From contig JAKITT010000008.1 in assembly GCA_021647945.1 (NCBI GenBank), positions 569-64,568 of the forward strand: a stretch of 64,000 bases of DNA, in the 5' to 3' direction. The translations under genes and the position numbers were made by a program. The notes beneath the pieces are model-generated. The model saw only the letters and a program-made list of their open reading frames with translations, made no database searches and was not told the origin of the DNA. Origin of the DNA: Candidatus Polarisedimenticolaceae bacterium. Its GTDB lineage: Bacteria; Pseudomonadota; Gammaproteobacteria; Chromatiales; Chromatiaceae. Positions 17,533 through 28,197 of this stretch are shown piece after piece; positions within the stretch are counted from its first letter, which is position 1, and each line of letters starts with the position of its first letter.

Positions 17533-17934
17533 TCCCTTGTCTCCCTAGTGTGGATGTTGTTGCAGGCATTATAGTCAGATTGTTTGAGTGATTTTTATTT
17601 GTCCCTCGTCTTGGAGGGGGCAAACAAAAGATAGAAATGGTCGACTTTTGGGGTGGTGTGAAGGTGCATATTGCCCTCTATTACTGATTTCCAGAGGCTT
17701 CATAGGGGCTTCTACAGTCGAAATGTTTTGTATTTAGACGCGATTGCCTTAAAATGCAGCAACCTAAAATTTTTAAGAGCTGAATCAGGACGCAAACTAC
17801 AGAGGTTACTTCGAACCGCTCTCACGAGATCTGTTTGAATACACCAATCAACGTAAGCACACCCTAATCAGAATTCCTGTTTTTCATTAAACGAGAAGCG
17901 GTAGGGTTGGTCTGCGCTGGGTTGCGTCCTTCAT

Positions 17935-20900
17935 TTGGAGGAGAGTACATTGACTAAAGGTATGAAGGTTACTTATGACGGTATTGAAGCTGCCGCCTAT
18001 GTTGCCCACAAAACGAACGAAGTAATTGCTATTTATCCCATCACCCCCTCTTCAGGTATGGGTGAGTTGTGTGATGAATATTCCTCCCAAGGTCAGAAAA
18101 ACATTTGGGGTACTGTCCCTAATGTTACCGAGATGCAACATGAAGGTGGCGCTGTAGCGACCGTTCATGGCGCACTTCAAACCGGCGCAATGACCACAAC
18201 CTTTACATCATCACAGGGTCTCCTGCTGATGATTCCTAGCATGTACAAAATTGCTGGTGAGTTGACGCCTTCTGTTATTCACGTTGCAGCTCGTTCAATT
18301 GCAGCTCAAGGCCTCTCAATTTTTGGTGATCACAGTGATGTGATGTCAATTCGTATGACTGGTTACGCCATCTTGGGCTCTAACACCCCACAAGAGGCGA
18401 TGGATAACGCGCTAATCAGCCAAGCTGCCAGTCTGAAATCTCGCATTCCTTTTCTTCACTTCTTTGATGGTTTCCGTACCTCTCATGAAGTAGCCAATTG
18501 TGAACTACTGGGTGACAAAGTCATTCGCGACATGATTGATGATGAACTGGTTCGTGCTCACCGTCTGCGTGGTATGAGTCCTGATCGTCCCGTTCTACGT
18601 GGCACCTCACAGAACGCTGATGTCTACTTCCAAGGTCGTGAGACGGTCAATACCTATTACGATAAGGTTCCTGGCATCGTTCAGGGGACTATGGATGAGT
18701 TTGCTGCCATGACAGGTCGACAGTACAAACTGTTTGACTACTATGGTTCAGCCGACGCCGAGCGCGTGCTTGTTCTGATGGGGTCGGGCTGTGAAGCGGT
18801 TGAAGAGACGGTTGAAGCACTGAATGCTCAAGGCGAAAATGTTGGCATGATCTGCGTTCGTCTGTTCCGTCCATTCTCACCCCAGCATCTTATTGATGCG
18901 CTGCCAGCCTGTGTTAAGAAAATTGGTGTGCTTGATCGCTGTAAAGAGCCAGGTGCCGATGGCGAGCCCCTCTACAAAGATGTGATCACCGCGTTGGCTA
19001 ACCACAGCATCACCGGTGGTGAGAAATTTGCCAAATTACCACGCGTTGTTGGCGGCCGTTTTGGACTCTCCTCTAAAGAGTTCAATCCTGCGATGATCAA
19101 AGGCATCTATGAAGAGCTAGAGAAAGACGCCCCTAAGAATAACTTCACTGTGGGTATTATTGATGATGTTACCCACACTAGTCTTGAGTGGGACAGTAGC
19201 TACCACACCGTTGACCCTGATCGCGTCAACCAGTGTATCTTCTTTGGTCTTGGTTCAGACGGTACTGTTAGTGCTAACAAGAACTCGATCAAAATTATCT
19301 GTGAAGGCACAGACCTTTATGGCCAGGGTTACTTTGTATACGACTCTAAGAAAGCGGGTGCGGTTACCACCTCACATCTGCGTTTCGGTCCAGATAAGAT
19401 CCGCTCAACCTATCTAATTGGTAAAGGCCAAGCTGGGTTTGTTGCCTGTCATCAACCTATCTTCCTTGATCGCTACGAGATGCTTGATTTCGCTAGAGAG
19501 GGTGGCATCTTCCTGCTCAATACGCCTGCTTCACCTGCAACCGCTTGGAGTACGCTACCGAAGAAGGTTCAGGAACAGATCGTTGAGAAGAGTCTCGATG
19601 TCTATGTAATCGACGCCTATAAAGTGGCTGAAGAGAGCGGCATGGGTCGTCGTATCAACACCATCATGCAGACCTGTTTCTTCGCTATCTCTGGCGTTCT
19701 CTCTAGTAAAGAGGAGGCGATTGCCAAGATTAAAGAGGCTGCTGAGAAGACCTACGGCAAAAAAGGCCAACAGGTTGTTGATCAGAACTTTAAGGCAATT
19801 GATGCTTCTGTTGCCAGCATGCACAAAATTGATGTGCCAAAAGCTGTCAGTTCTAACATTCCTATGATTCCACCTATCATGCCATCTGCACCAGAATTTG
19901 TGCGCGATGTTGTTGGTGCAATCAGCGCCGGACGTGGTGATGAATTGCCTGTTAGTGCTATCCCAGCTGATGGTACATGGCCAACCGGTAGTGCTGCATT
20001 TGAGAAGCGCAACCTAGCCCTAGAGATTCCTGTATGGGATGAAGATCTCTGTATCTACTGTGGTAAGTGTGTATTTGTCTGCCCTCACTCCGCTATTCGA
20101 AGCAAAGTGTTTGATGTTGCGCTGACTAAAAATGCACCTGAGACCTTCAAGCACATCCAGGTGACAGGTAAGGAGTTTGCTGAAGGTGAGCACATTACCT
20201 ATCAGGTCGCGCCTGAAGATTGCACGGGCTGTACGCTCTGCGTAGAGATCTGTCCTGCCATCGATAAAGAGAACCCAGCACATAGAGCGCTGGATATGAT
20301 GCCACAGCCTCCTATACGTGACCAAGAGCGCGAAAACTGGGAGTTCTACCTGACACTGCCTGAGTATGCTCGCGATAAGATCAAATGGGGCACCATGAAG
20401 AGCGCCATGCTAGCAGAGCCACTGTTTGAGGCTTCTGGCGCATGTGTTGGCTGTGGTGAGACCGCTTACATCCGTCTTGCGACCCAGCTATTCGGTGACC
20501 GTATGGTTATCGGTAACTCAACCGGCTGTTCATCAATCTACGGTGGTAACCTACCAAGCACGCCTTACTCTAAAAATGCCCAGGGTAGAGGGCCAACCTG
20601 GAACAACTCACTGTTTGAGGATACGGCAGAGTTTAGTCTTGGTTTTCGTGTCTCTATCGATCGTCAAGAACAGTACGCTTTAGAGCTACTCGAGAAGATG
20701 CGTGATCAGATTGGCGGTGATGTGGTTGATGAGATCAAATCTGCTGACCAGACAACTGAGCCAGGAATTTTTGAACAGCGTGACCGCATTGATCTTGTTA
20801 AAGCCAAGTTGAGGGGTATTGACAGCAACGATGCGCGTAACCTTGAGACTGTCGTTGATATGGCGGCTAAGAAGAGTGTTTGGGCCTTTGGTGGAGACGG

Positions 20901-21537
20901 CTGGGCATACGATATCGGTTATGGTGGATTAGACCATGTTCTCGCTTCTGGTCAGAATATAAACATTCTGGTTCTGGATACTGAGGTCTACTCCAACACC
21001 GGTGGTCAGATGTCAAAATCGACCCCACTCGGCGCAGTCGCTAAGTTTGCTGCTGGCGGTAAACCAAGCAAGAAGAAAGATCTTGGTATGATCGCAATGG
21101 CCTATGAAGGCGTCTATGTTGCACAGGTCGCCTACAGTGAGAAAGATGTTCGCACCTTGAGAGCATTCCAAGAGGCTGAGTCTTACGAGGGTGTCTCTCT
21201 GATCATCGCTTATAGTCCTTGTATTGCGATGGGCATCGATCTAACCGACAACCATCAGCAGCAGCATCTTGCGGTTACTAGTGGTCACTTCCCACTCTAC
21301 CGTTACGATCCACGTCGTGTTGATGAGGGTAAGAATCCACTGATCCTAGACTCTAAGCCACCAAGTATCGACTATAAGGACTTCAGTAAAACAGAAGGAC
21401 GCTTTAGCATGCTGGCTCGTTCTAAGCCTGAGCAGGCTGCTAAGTTTGTTGAAATGGCACACAATGATGTTCGTCGACGTTTCAAATATTACGAATCTCT
21501 AGCCGCTATTAACTTCGATAAACCTGAAGATAAGTAG
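17935..21537 (+). CDS. nifJ: Pyruvate:ferredoxin (flavodoxin) oxidoreductase, single-polypeptide NifJ/PFOR type
   Basis: About 1190-1200 aa. Two ferredoxin motifs (CIYCGKCVFVCP, CTGCTLCVEICP) and the TPP motif GGDGWAYDIGYGGLDH. The start is ambiguous (TTG 17935, TTG 17950 or ATG 17962). Confidence 0.95.
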   Translation: MEESTLTKGMKVTYDGIEAAAYVAHKTNEVIAIYPITPSSGMGELCDEYSSQGQKNIWGTVPNVTEMQHEGGAVATVHGALQTGAMTTTFTSSQGLLLMIPSMYKIAGELTPSVIHVAARSIAAQGLSIFGDHSDVMSIRMTGYAILGSNTPQEAMDNALISQAASLKSRIPFLHFFDGFRTSHEVANCELLGDKVIRDMIDDELVRAHRLRGMSPDRPVLRGTSQNADVYFQGRETVNTYYDKVPGIVQGTMDEFAAMTGRQYKLFDYYGSADAERVLVLMGSGCEAVEETVEALNAQGENVGMICVRLFRPFSPQHLIDALPACVKKIGVLDRCKEPGADGEPLYKDVITALANHSITGGEKFAKLPRVVGGRFGLSSKEFNPAMIKGIYEELEKDAPKNNFTVGIIDDVTHTSLEWDSSYHTVDPDRVNQCIFFGLGSDGTVSANKNSIKIICEGTDLYGQGYFVYDSKKAGAVTTSHLRFGPDKIRSTYLIGKGQAGFVACHQPIFLDRYEMLDFAREGGIFLLNTPASPATAWSTLPKKVQEQIVEKSLDVYVIDAYKVAEESGMGRRINTIMQTCFFAISGVLSSKEEAIAKIKEAAEKTYGKKGQQVVDQNFKAIDASVASMHKIDVPKAVSSNIPMIPPIMPSAPEFVRDVVGAISAGRGDELPVSAIPADGTWPTGSAAFEKRNLALEIPVWDEDLCIYCGKCVFVCPHSAIRSKVFDVALTKNAPETFKHIQVTGKEFAEGEHITYQVAPEDCTGCTLCVEICPAIDKENPAHRALDMMPQPPIRDQERENWEFYLTLPEYARDKIKWGTMKSAMLAEPLFEASGACVGCGETAYIRLATQLFGDRMVIGNSTGCSSIYGGNLPSTPYSKNAQGRGPTWNNSLFEDTAEFSLGFRVSIDRQEQYALELLEKMRDQIGGDVVDEIKSADQTTEPGIFEQRDRIDLVKAKLRGIDSNDARNLETVVDMAAKKSVWAFGGDGWAYDIGYGGLDHVLASGQNINILVLDTEVYSNTGGQMSKSTPLGAVAKFAAGGKPSKKKDLGMIAMAYEGVYVAQVAYSEKDVRTLRAFQEAESYEGVSLIIAYSPCIAMGIDLTDNHQQQHLAVTSGHFPLYRYDPRRVDEGKNPLILDSKPPSIDYKDFSKTEGRFSMLARSKPEQAAKFVEMAHNDVRRRFKYYESLAAINFDKPEDK

Positions 21538-21564
21538 CTATATAACTAGCAAAGAGAAACAGAA

Positions 21565-21589
21565 AAGCGGCCTTCGGGTCGCTTTTTTT
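21565..21589 (+). terminator. Rho-independent terminator after PFOR
   Basis: The GCGGCC-TTCG-GGTCGC hairpin is followed by TTTTTTT. Confidence 0.8.
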
Positions 21590-21651
21590 ATGTGCTACGA
21601 TTAATTCCACACTCCAGTAAAAATGACGTTCATTTAGGTTGAGATAAAAAT

Positions 21652-22464
21652 ATGGCAAGAGAGTTAAATGCAATCGTTAGTGAGACCATCCTGGTTAATG
21701 CTGAGACACTGATCGTGCGAGTTGTTCCTGATGGCTGGGAGTTAGCTGAACACCAGCCTGGCCAATATTGTGTGATAGGACTTCCTGGTAGCGCACCTAG
21801 ATGTGACCTCTCCGAACCAGATGAGAAAGAGGTTGACCCAGATAAGATGATTATTCGGGCCTACTCAATTGCCTCTGGTTCAAACCAACAGAAACACATG
21901 GAGTTCTATGTCACCTTGGTTCGGTCAGGCGCCCTAACACCCCGTCTATTTTCACTGAAACGTGGTGATCGAATTCACCTAGGCCAAAAGGTGACAGGGG
22001 TGTTTACCCTGAAAGAGATTCCGGAAGATGCCAATCTCGTATTGATGGCTACCGGCACAGGTTTAGCGCCCTACATGAGCATGATTCGGACCTTTCTCAC
22101 GCCAGAGTCTAAACGACGCTTCTGTGTTATTCATGGGGCTAGGCACTCATGGGACCTGGGCTATAGCGCTCAACTCTCTCTGCTTAACGGGTTGTTGCCA
22201 CATTTTGACTACATTCCTGTGATCAGTCGACCTCAAGATGAGATCACCCCCTGGGGTGGTGAGTCAGGATATATCCAAGATATCTGGAAACGCGGTTTAG
22301 TCGCTGAACGTTGGGGTGAGAAGCCCTGTGCAGAGACAACCCATGCTTTTCTCTGTGGTAACCCCAGTATGGTGGTTGATACGCTGGTGCTACTGGAGGC
22401 AGAGGGTTTTTCCGAGCATACGCGTAAGGTGGCTGGTGAAGTTCACCTTGAGCGTTACTGGTAG
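21652..22464 (+). CDS. fpr: Ferredoxin/flavodoxin-NADP+ reductase (bacterial Fpr type)
   Basis: RAYSIAS FAD motif, MATGTGLAPYMS NADP motif, and a C-terminal ...LERYW (Tyr-Trp end as in E. coli-type Fpr). Confidence 0.85.
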   Translation: MARELNAIVSETILVNAETLIVRVVPDGWELAEHQPGQYCVIGLPGSAPRCDLSEPDEKEVDPDKMIIRAYSIASGSNQQKHMEFYVTLVRSGALTPRLFSLKRGDRIHLGQKVTGVFTLKEIPEDANLVLMATGTGLAPYMSMIRTFLTPESKRRFCVIHGARHSWDLGYSAQLSLLNGLLPHFDYIPVISRPQDEITPWGGESGYIQDIWKRGLVAERWGEKPCAETTHAFLCGNPSMVVDTLVLLEAEGFSEHTRKVAGEVHLERYW

Positions 22465-22470
22465 TTTAAA

Positions 22471-23109
22471 ATGGGCGGTATCTCCTCACTCATCGTGCTT
22501 GCACTGCTCTGGGTGGTCTATGGCTTGATCCACTCACTGCTTGCATCAGAGCAGAGTAAAGTAGGTTTCGCCACAAAATGGCCAGAGGCAGCACGATACT
22601 ATCGGCTACTGTTTAACGCCTCCGCGCTATTTCTGTTGTTGCCACCCCTCTATTTGACCTACTCACTCGCCGGTGAATCAGTCATTGTTTGGCACGGGGC
22701 GTGGCGCTGGGTATCACACCTAATGGCCATTATGGTTGTGGTTGGCTTTCTCTGGTCATTGAGATATTACGACTCAGCTGAGTTCCTCGGTCTGAAGCAG
22801 ATGCGTGAAAACGGAGAGGGTGATGGTGATGCTTTTGTGCTTTCGCCGCTGCATCATTATGTGCGCCATCCTTGGTACGCCCTTGCACTGGTTTTAATCT
22901 GGACAAGAGATATGGATGCTGCGACGTTAGTGAGTGCCGTGGCCATCACGCTCTATTTCATTATCGGCTCTCGTTTTGAAGAGAGGAGCCTGGTCAGGGT
23001 TCATGGTGAGAGGTATCGTGAATATATGCGGCTGGTGGCTGGATTGATCCCGCTTCCGTGGAAGGTTATCTCGCCAGAGAAGGCCGCTGAACTGACGCGT
23101 TATGAGTGA
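22471..23109 (+). CDS. Membrane methyltransferase-family protein (ICMT/PEMT/NnrU-like)
   Basis: Multi-TM protein with RHPWYALALVLIW and a C-terminal EERSLV..HGERYREY segment typical of this family. Confidence 0.55.
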   Translation: MGGISSLIVLALLWVVYGLIHSLLASEQSKVGFATKWPEAARYYRLLFNASALFLLLPPLYLTYSLAGESVIVWHGAWRWVSHLMAIMVVVGFLWSLRYYDSAEFLGLKQMRENGEGDGDAFVLSPLHHYVRHPWYALALVLIWTRDMDAATLVSAVAITLYFIIGSRFEERSLVRVHGERYREYMRLVAGLIPLPWKVISPEKAAELTRYE

Positions 23110-23116
23110 GGTGGTC

Positions 23117-23893
23117 TCAGGTTTGGCCGTTTGATTTTGACGCCTGTTTGGCTGCTGTTGTCTTCTCTGCCAGTTTTCGTGCGGTGATATCCCATGTGAT
23201 ACCAATCATGCGTTCGATTTGGTTGGCATTTGAGCGAAACACTTCACAACGGTCAGCTAAAAAGCGGGTTGTGCCGTCTGGTCGAATGATTCGATACTCC
23301 ACCTCATGAATAAAATCTTCGGCATTTTCGGTGATGCTACTAAGTTGTTTGGTAAGAATGCCTCTGTCATCAGGGTGCAGAAGCTTCAAGAAATCATGAT
23401 ATTTTCCGGAAAAACTCTCTGGTTTTAGTCCATACAACCGGTGAGTTCGGCTATCCCAGCTGAGCTGGTCGTTGATTAAATCCCAGTCCCATGTGCCAAA
23501 TCCCCCTGTATTCAGTGCAAGATTTAGTCGTTCCTCACTCGCTTTTAAGGCCGCCTTAGCCCGCCCTTTGCGAATGAGCCAAGCGTTTGCTTGCTTGAGC
23601 AATTGCTGGGTTTCGGCGTATTTTGGCTGTAGGGGAGTATCATCTTGTTGGTCTGTTGGATGGCTGAAAATGGTGCTGATCATCTTTAGCTCATGGCTGA
23701 TTATGTGGTTGAGATAGGAGCTGCATAGGGTGGCAATGATAACGCTAGCAATAAGGGGCAAGCCGATATGAAATAATGCAATATTCTGTAGATTGTCTCT
23801 GGAGATGTAGAGCACAACAAGTAGAGCGGGAGCGGCTGCAACCATAGTCAATACAATAAAAAGCGATGGTTTGAATGAGTTCTTCTTATGCAT
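23117..23893 (-). CDS. Membrane-anchored PAS-domain protein without a recognisable output domain
   Basis: I use the internal ATG at 23893 (MHKKNSFKPSLFIVLTMVAAAPALLVV...). The track start at 24103 would overlap purE. The PAS-like core is LNTGGFGTWDWDLINDQLSWDSRTHRLYG...HPDD...YRIIRPDGTTRF. Confidence 0.65.
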   Translation of the reverse strand: MHKKNSFKPSLFIVLTMVAAAPALLVVLYISRDNLQNIALFHIGLPLIASVIIATLCSSYLNHIISHELKMISTIFSHPTDQQDDTPLQPKYAETQQLLKQANAWLIRKGRAKAALKASEERLNLALNTGGFGTWDWDLINDQLSWDSRTHRLYGLKPESFSGKYHDFLKLLHPDDRGILTKQLSSITENAEDFIHEVEYRIIRPDGTTRFLADRCEVFRSNANQIERMIGITWDITARKLAEKTTAAKQASKSNGQT

Positions 23894-24008
23894 GCGGATA
23901 ACTCTAACATTAATAATATCTGGCGACTCTGGATAACGTAGCTGAAAGGAGTTATTTAAGGTATGGTTGCCCTCCTTTATATAGCTCTGATCTATCAGGA
24001 TAAAGAAT

Positions 24009-24515
24009 ATGTCTAAGAGATTTGTTGCGGTGCTTATGGGGTCAGATTCTGACCTGCCGGTGATGCAAGCAACCCTGGATGTGCTGAAAAAACTTGGCAT
24101 CACTTATGAAGTTAAAATCACCTCTGCTCATAGAACACCAACGGCCACCCATGCTTATGTAAAAGATGCGGATAGCCGTGATTGTGCAGTCTTTATCTGT
24201 GCAGCTGGTTTAGCTGCTCATTTAGCCGGAAGTGTGGCTGGTTTGACGCTAAAACCCGTGGTCGGTGTGCCGCTAGATGCAGGTCCATTACAGGGTATGG
24301 ATGCACTTCTATCAACGGTGCAGATGCCCGGTGGTATCCCAGTAGCAACAGTTGCGGTGGGCAAAGCGGGGGCAAAAAATGCAGCCTATTTGGCTGCTCA
24401 GATGATGGCATTGTCAGATGAAGCGCTGGCTGGGCGTCTTGCCGAAGAACGGCAGGCGAATGAGGCGGCGGTGATTGAAAAAGATAGGCAGTTACAGATC
24501 TCGTTAGCAGATTGA
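24009..24515 (+). CDS. purE: N5-carboxyaminoimidazole ribonucleotide mutase
   Basis: [20 protein letters not shown] and [10 protein letters not shown] signatures. Confidence 0.95.
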   Translation: MSKRFVAVLMGSDSDLPVMQATLDVLKKLGITYEVKITSAHRTPTATHAYVKDADSRDCAVFICAAGLAAHLAGSVAGLTLKPVVGVPLDAGPLQGMDALLSTVQMPGGIPVATVAVGKAGAKNAAYLAAQMMALSDEALAGRLAEERQANEAAVIEKDRQLQISLAD

Positions 24516-24529
24516 GCTTGAGTTGAGGC

Positions 24530-25096
24530 GTGTCTCCCTCTATTCATCCTTGGCATCTACGGCGGGTCAAGGCGATTGTGCAGGCGGGTGGGGTGATCGC
24601 TTACCCAACCGAGTCCGTCTACGGGCTTGGTTGTGACCCGCTTAATCGGCAGGCGGTAGAGCGCCTGCTGAGGCTGAAACAGCGGCCACTCAAAAAGGGG
24701 GTTATTCTCATCGCGGCGGACTTTAGCCAGCTGGCCCCTTTTGTGGGTCGGCTGCCTGAGGCGCGTTTACAAGAGATCTTTGCCACATGGCCAGGGCCTA
24801 ATACCTGGCTATTCCCTACTCGGCCAGAGACGCCCAGTTGGCTATCGGGCCAGAACAGGTCACTTGCTGTGCGGGTGACCAACCATCCAGTCGCGGCCTC
24901 ATTATGCAGAAGCTGTGACTCTCCGCTGGTCTCGACGAGCGCAAATCTGACCGGGCAGCAGCCGGCCAAAACGGCTCTGCGTGTACAGTCATTACTGGGT
25001 CATGGTGTTGATTACGTGGTACATGGCGAGACATTGGGTGTGCGGCGTCCCAGCACTATACGGGATGGCCTGACAGGCAGAGTATTACGCGCATAA
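24530..25096 (+). CDS. tsaC: L-threonylcarbamoyladenylate synthase type 1 (TsaC/YrdC)
   Basis: 188 aa with YPTESVYGLGCD, RLLRLKQRP and SANLTG motifs. GTG start. Confidence 0.85.
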   Translation: MSPSIHPWHLRRVKAIVQAGGVIAYPTESVYGLGCDPLNRQAVERLLRLKQRPLKKGVILIAADFSQLAPFVGRLPEARLQEIFATWPGPNTWLFPTRPETPSWLSGQNRSLAVRVTNHPVAASLCRSCDSPLVSTSANLTGQQPAKTALRVQSLLGHGVDYVVHGETLGVRRPSTIRDGLTGRVLRA

Positions 25097-25413
25097 AAAA
25101 ACCCATCCTGTATGGGATGGGTTAAAACGAACTGACCCTGGAGGAGGTAGAAATTCGTTGATTAACTGATGTAACGGCATCGGTAGAGATAACTTTAGTA
25201 AAAGTGGCGATAAACCGTCACTCTTAATATTCCCGACACCTGGAGCGTTTTTCTGCTCTCAATAGTTGTTAGTCACTAATTTCCTCTCAGGGTTCATACT
25301 ATAAGGTTTTTCTTAGGTAGAGTAGCTTTTGGCCTAAGTCGAGTCGTTTTATTCCTGTCGCACACACTCTTTGCAAGGCGTGATAAAATGGTCGCCATAT
25401 CGTAATAATTTAG

Positions 25414-26438
<1,025 letters not shown>

Positions 26439-26439
<1 letters not shown>

Positions 26440-27251
26440 TGAAAGATCTATACGCAGTAATTGGAACACCGATTCAACATAGCAAATCTCCACAGATTCA
26501 TCAGGCATTTGCAGAGCAGACTGGCGAGGATATTCACTATGACCGTATCCTCGGCCAGCCTGAGAAGCTACCTCTCTATATTAAAGCCTTCAGGGAGATG
26601 CGTGGTTTAGGGCTTAATGTCACCGTGCCTCTAAAAGAAGAGGCTTTCCAGCTGGCTAATGAGCGCAGTGATCGGGCAGAAAGAGCGGGCGCTGTAAATA
26701 CACTGATCTTGCTAGAGGATGGGCGCATTCAAGGTGACAATACGGATGGCATCGGCCTAGTGCGAGACCTCAGCCTCAATCATGATTTTAAATTTAAGGG
26801 CAAACGGGTGCTGATTCTGGGTGCTGGTGGCGCTGTTCGCGGTGTGGTGCAACCGTTGATGGAACAGGGTATTTGTGAACTGGTGATCGCAAATCGTACT
26901 GTATCAAAGGCTGAGACAGTAGCTGCTACCTTTGCAGATTTGGGCTTAATCAGTGGTTGTGGTCTTGATGCAATAACAGGTGAGTTTGATCTGATAATCA
27001 ATGGCACCGCTGCCGGTTTGAGTGGTGAGCTACCCGCTATTCCAGATGGCATTCTGGCAAAAGAGGGTTGGTGTTACGACATGATGTATGGCGATCAGCC
27101 AACGCCCTTTGTCCGTTGGGGCGAAGCGCAGGGTGCGGTTGAATCACTCGATGGCCTCGGTATGTTGGTTGAGCAGGCGGCTGAGTCGTTCTATCTCTGG
27201 CGTGATGTGCGGCCAGAGACAGCGCCCGTTATTCAGATGTTACGGGGTTGA
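26439..27251 (+). CDS. aroE: Shikimate dehydrogenase
   Basis: SKSPQIH, NVTVPLKEE, NTDGIG and GAGGAVRGV motifs. The start abuts the hemB stop. Confidence 0.9.
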
Positions 27252-27531
27252 TGCGGCGCTCGTTGCCATCCCACTGGCCATCTTTAGCTCGCGCTATATA
27301 AGGACGAGCAGTGATTGTCTGCTCTTTAAACAGGCTGCCATCAAGCTGTTTGATTAGGGCCAATCCTGCCTGGCTTGATTCGGTATGGACGACGAGAAAA
27401 TGGTAGTCCCGATCAAAGCAATTTCGCCCCATATGACGCTCAAAACGGGTGTGAACCTCCCGGTTGCCCAATAGCTCGTTTAGCTCAATTAATGTGCCGT
27501 CGGCGGGTAAGTTGCCGATGAAGACATTCAT
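27229..27531 (-). CDS. Small hypothetical protein with an RRM-like (RNP2-like) N-terminus
   Basis: MNVFIGNLP resembles the RNP2 motif. The predicted b-a-b-b-a-b order is plausible, but RNP1 is degenerate. The ATG overlaps the stop of the upstream gamma-CA gene (TAATG), which supports it being a real coding gene. Confidence 0.45.
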   Translation of the reverse strand: MNVFIGNLPADGTLIELNELLGNREVHTRFERHMGRNCFDRDYHFLVVHTESSQAGLALIKQLDGSLFKEQTITARPYIARAKDGQWDGNERRINPVTSE

Positions 27532-28073
27532 TAGAAACGCCGCTGTCCACGGTGGCGCATCATTACGCGTACATAGTGGGCGGCGGAGTATTTGAGTCGC
27601 TCCAGTTCATCGTCGGTCAACTTTCGCGCCCTGCGTGCCGGGGTACCCATCCAGAGATACCCCCCCTCCAGTCGTTTGCCCGGTGTTACCAGGGTGCCAG
27701 CCGCCAGCATGACGTTAGGCTCCAGTACAGCGCCATCCATCACTGTCGAACCCATGCCGATGAAGCAGTTATCCTGAATCTCGCAGGCGTGTAGCGTAGC
27801 GTTGTGGCCAACGGTGACGCGGCTGCCAATGATCAATGGCAAGCCACCTGGGCTGTAGGGGCCATCGTGGGTGACATGCAGCACGGAGCCATCTTGAATG
27901 TTGGTTTCAGTGCCAATACGGATTTTATTGACGTCGCCGCGTAGTACCGCCATTGGCCAGACGGATGAACGTGCGCCAATGGTGACATCACCAATGATAA
28001 CTGCGGCCTCATCGACCCAGGCGTCATGTGCAATACGGGGGAAACGGTCTTCAAAAGGACGGATGTTTGGCAT
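27531..28073 (-). CDS. Gamma-class carbonic anhydrase family protein (left-handed beta-helix, YrdA/PaaY-like)
   Basis: Hexapeptide repeats, with VWPMAVLRGDVNKIRIG, NIQDGSVLH and VTVGHNATLHAC signatures. Confidence 0.85.
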   Translation of the reverse strand: MPNIRPFEDRFPRIAHDAWVDEAAVIIGDVTIGARSSVWPMAVLRGDVNKIRIGTETNIQDGSVLHVTHDGPYSPGGLPLIIGSRVTVGHNATLHACEIQDNCFIGMGSTVMDGAVLEPNVMLAAGTLVTPGKRLEGGYLWMGTPARRARKLTDDELERLKYSAAHYVRVMMRHRGQRRF

Positions 28074-28197
28074 TCAAGATCACCATTGTGCTAAATGTGA
28101 GAACTTGATCCTATCAGAGTTAATGCAATATGGGTGAACTCTGCCGTTCAATTAGCAACGTGATAGACTCCGCTGATGATCAATTTTGGACGTTAAA

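Noticed and set aside
17533-17700. Glycine riboswitch upstream of the alanine/glycine symporter gene (minus strand), since AGCS genes are frequent glycine-riboswitch targets
   Set aside because: Reading the minus strand, I find only fragments (CTCTGGAAA, AGGGCAA). The conserved GGAGAG...CACCG...GGGGCAA...CTCAGGCA...GGAC core and tandem aptamer organisation are absent. A covariance-model scan (Rfam RF00504) would settle it.
17835-17860. FNR-like site TTGAATACACCAATCAA upstream of PFOR
   Set aside because: The half-sites are separated by 7 nt instead of 4, so it does not fit TTGAT-N4-ATCAA.
23894-24103. N-terminal 70-aa extension of the PAS-protein ORF
   Set aside because: It would overlap the purE start and promoter on the other strand. 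The internal ATG at 23893 gives a sensible basic/TM N-terminus.
24009-24515. purE without an adjacent purK as an anomaly
   Set aside because: purE and purK are separated in many genomes. The protein has normal class I signatures, so this is not noteworthy without whole-genome context.
25101-25122. Hairpin ACCCATCC-TGTA-TGGGATGGGT after tsaC as a terminator
   Set aside because: The stem is good, but no T run follows on the plus strand. The A run precedes it, so it would suit the minus strand, where there is no gene to terminate. I did not annotate it.
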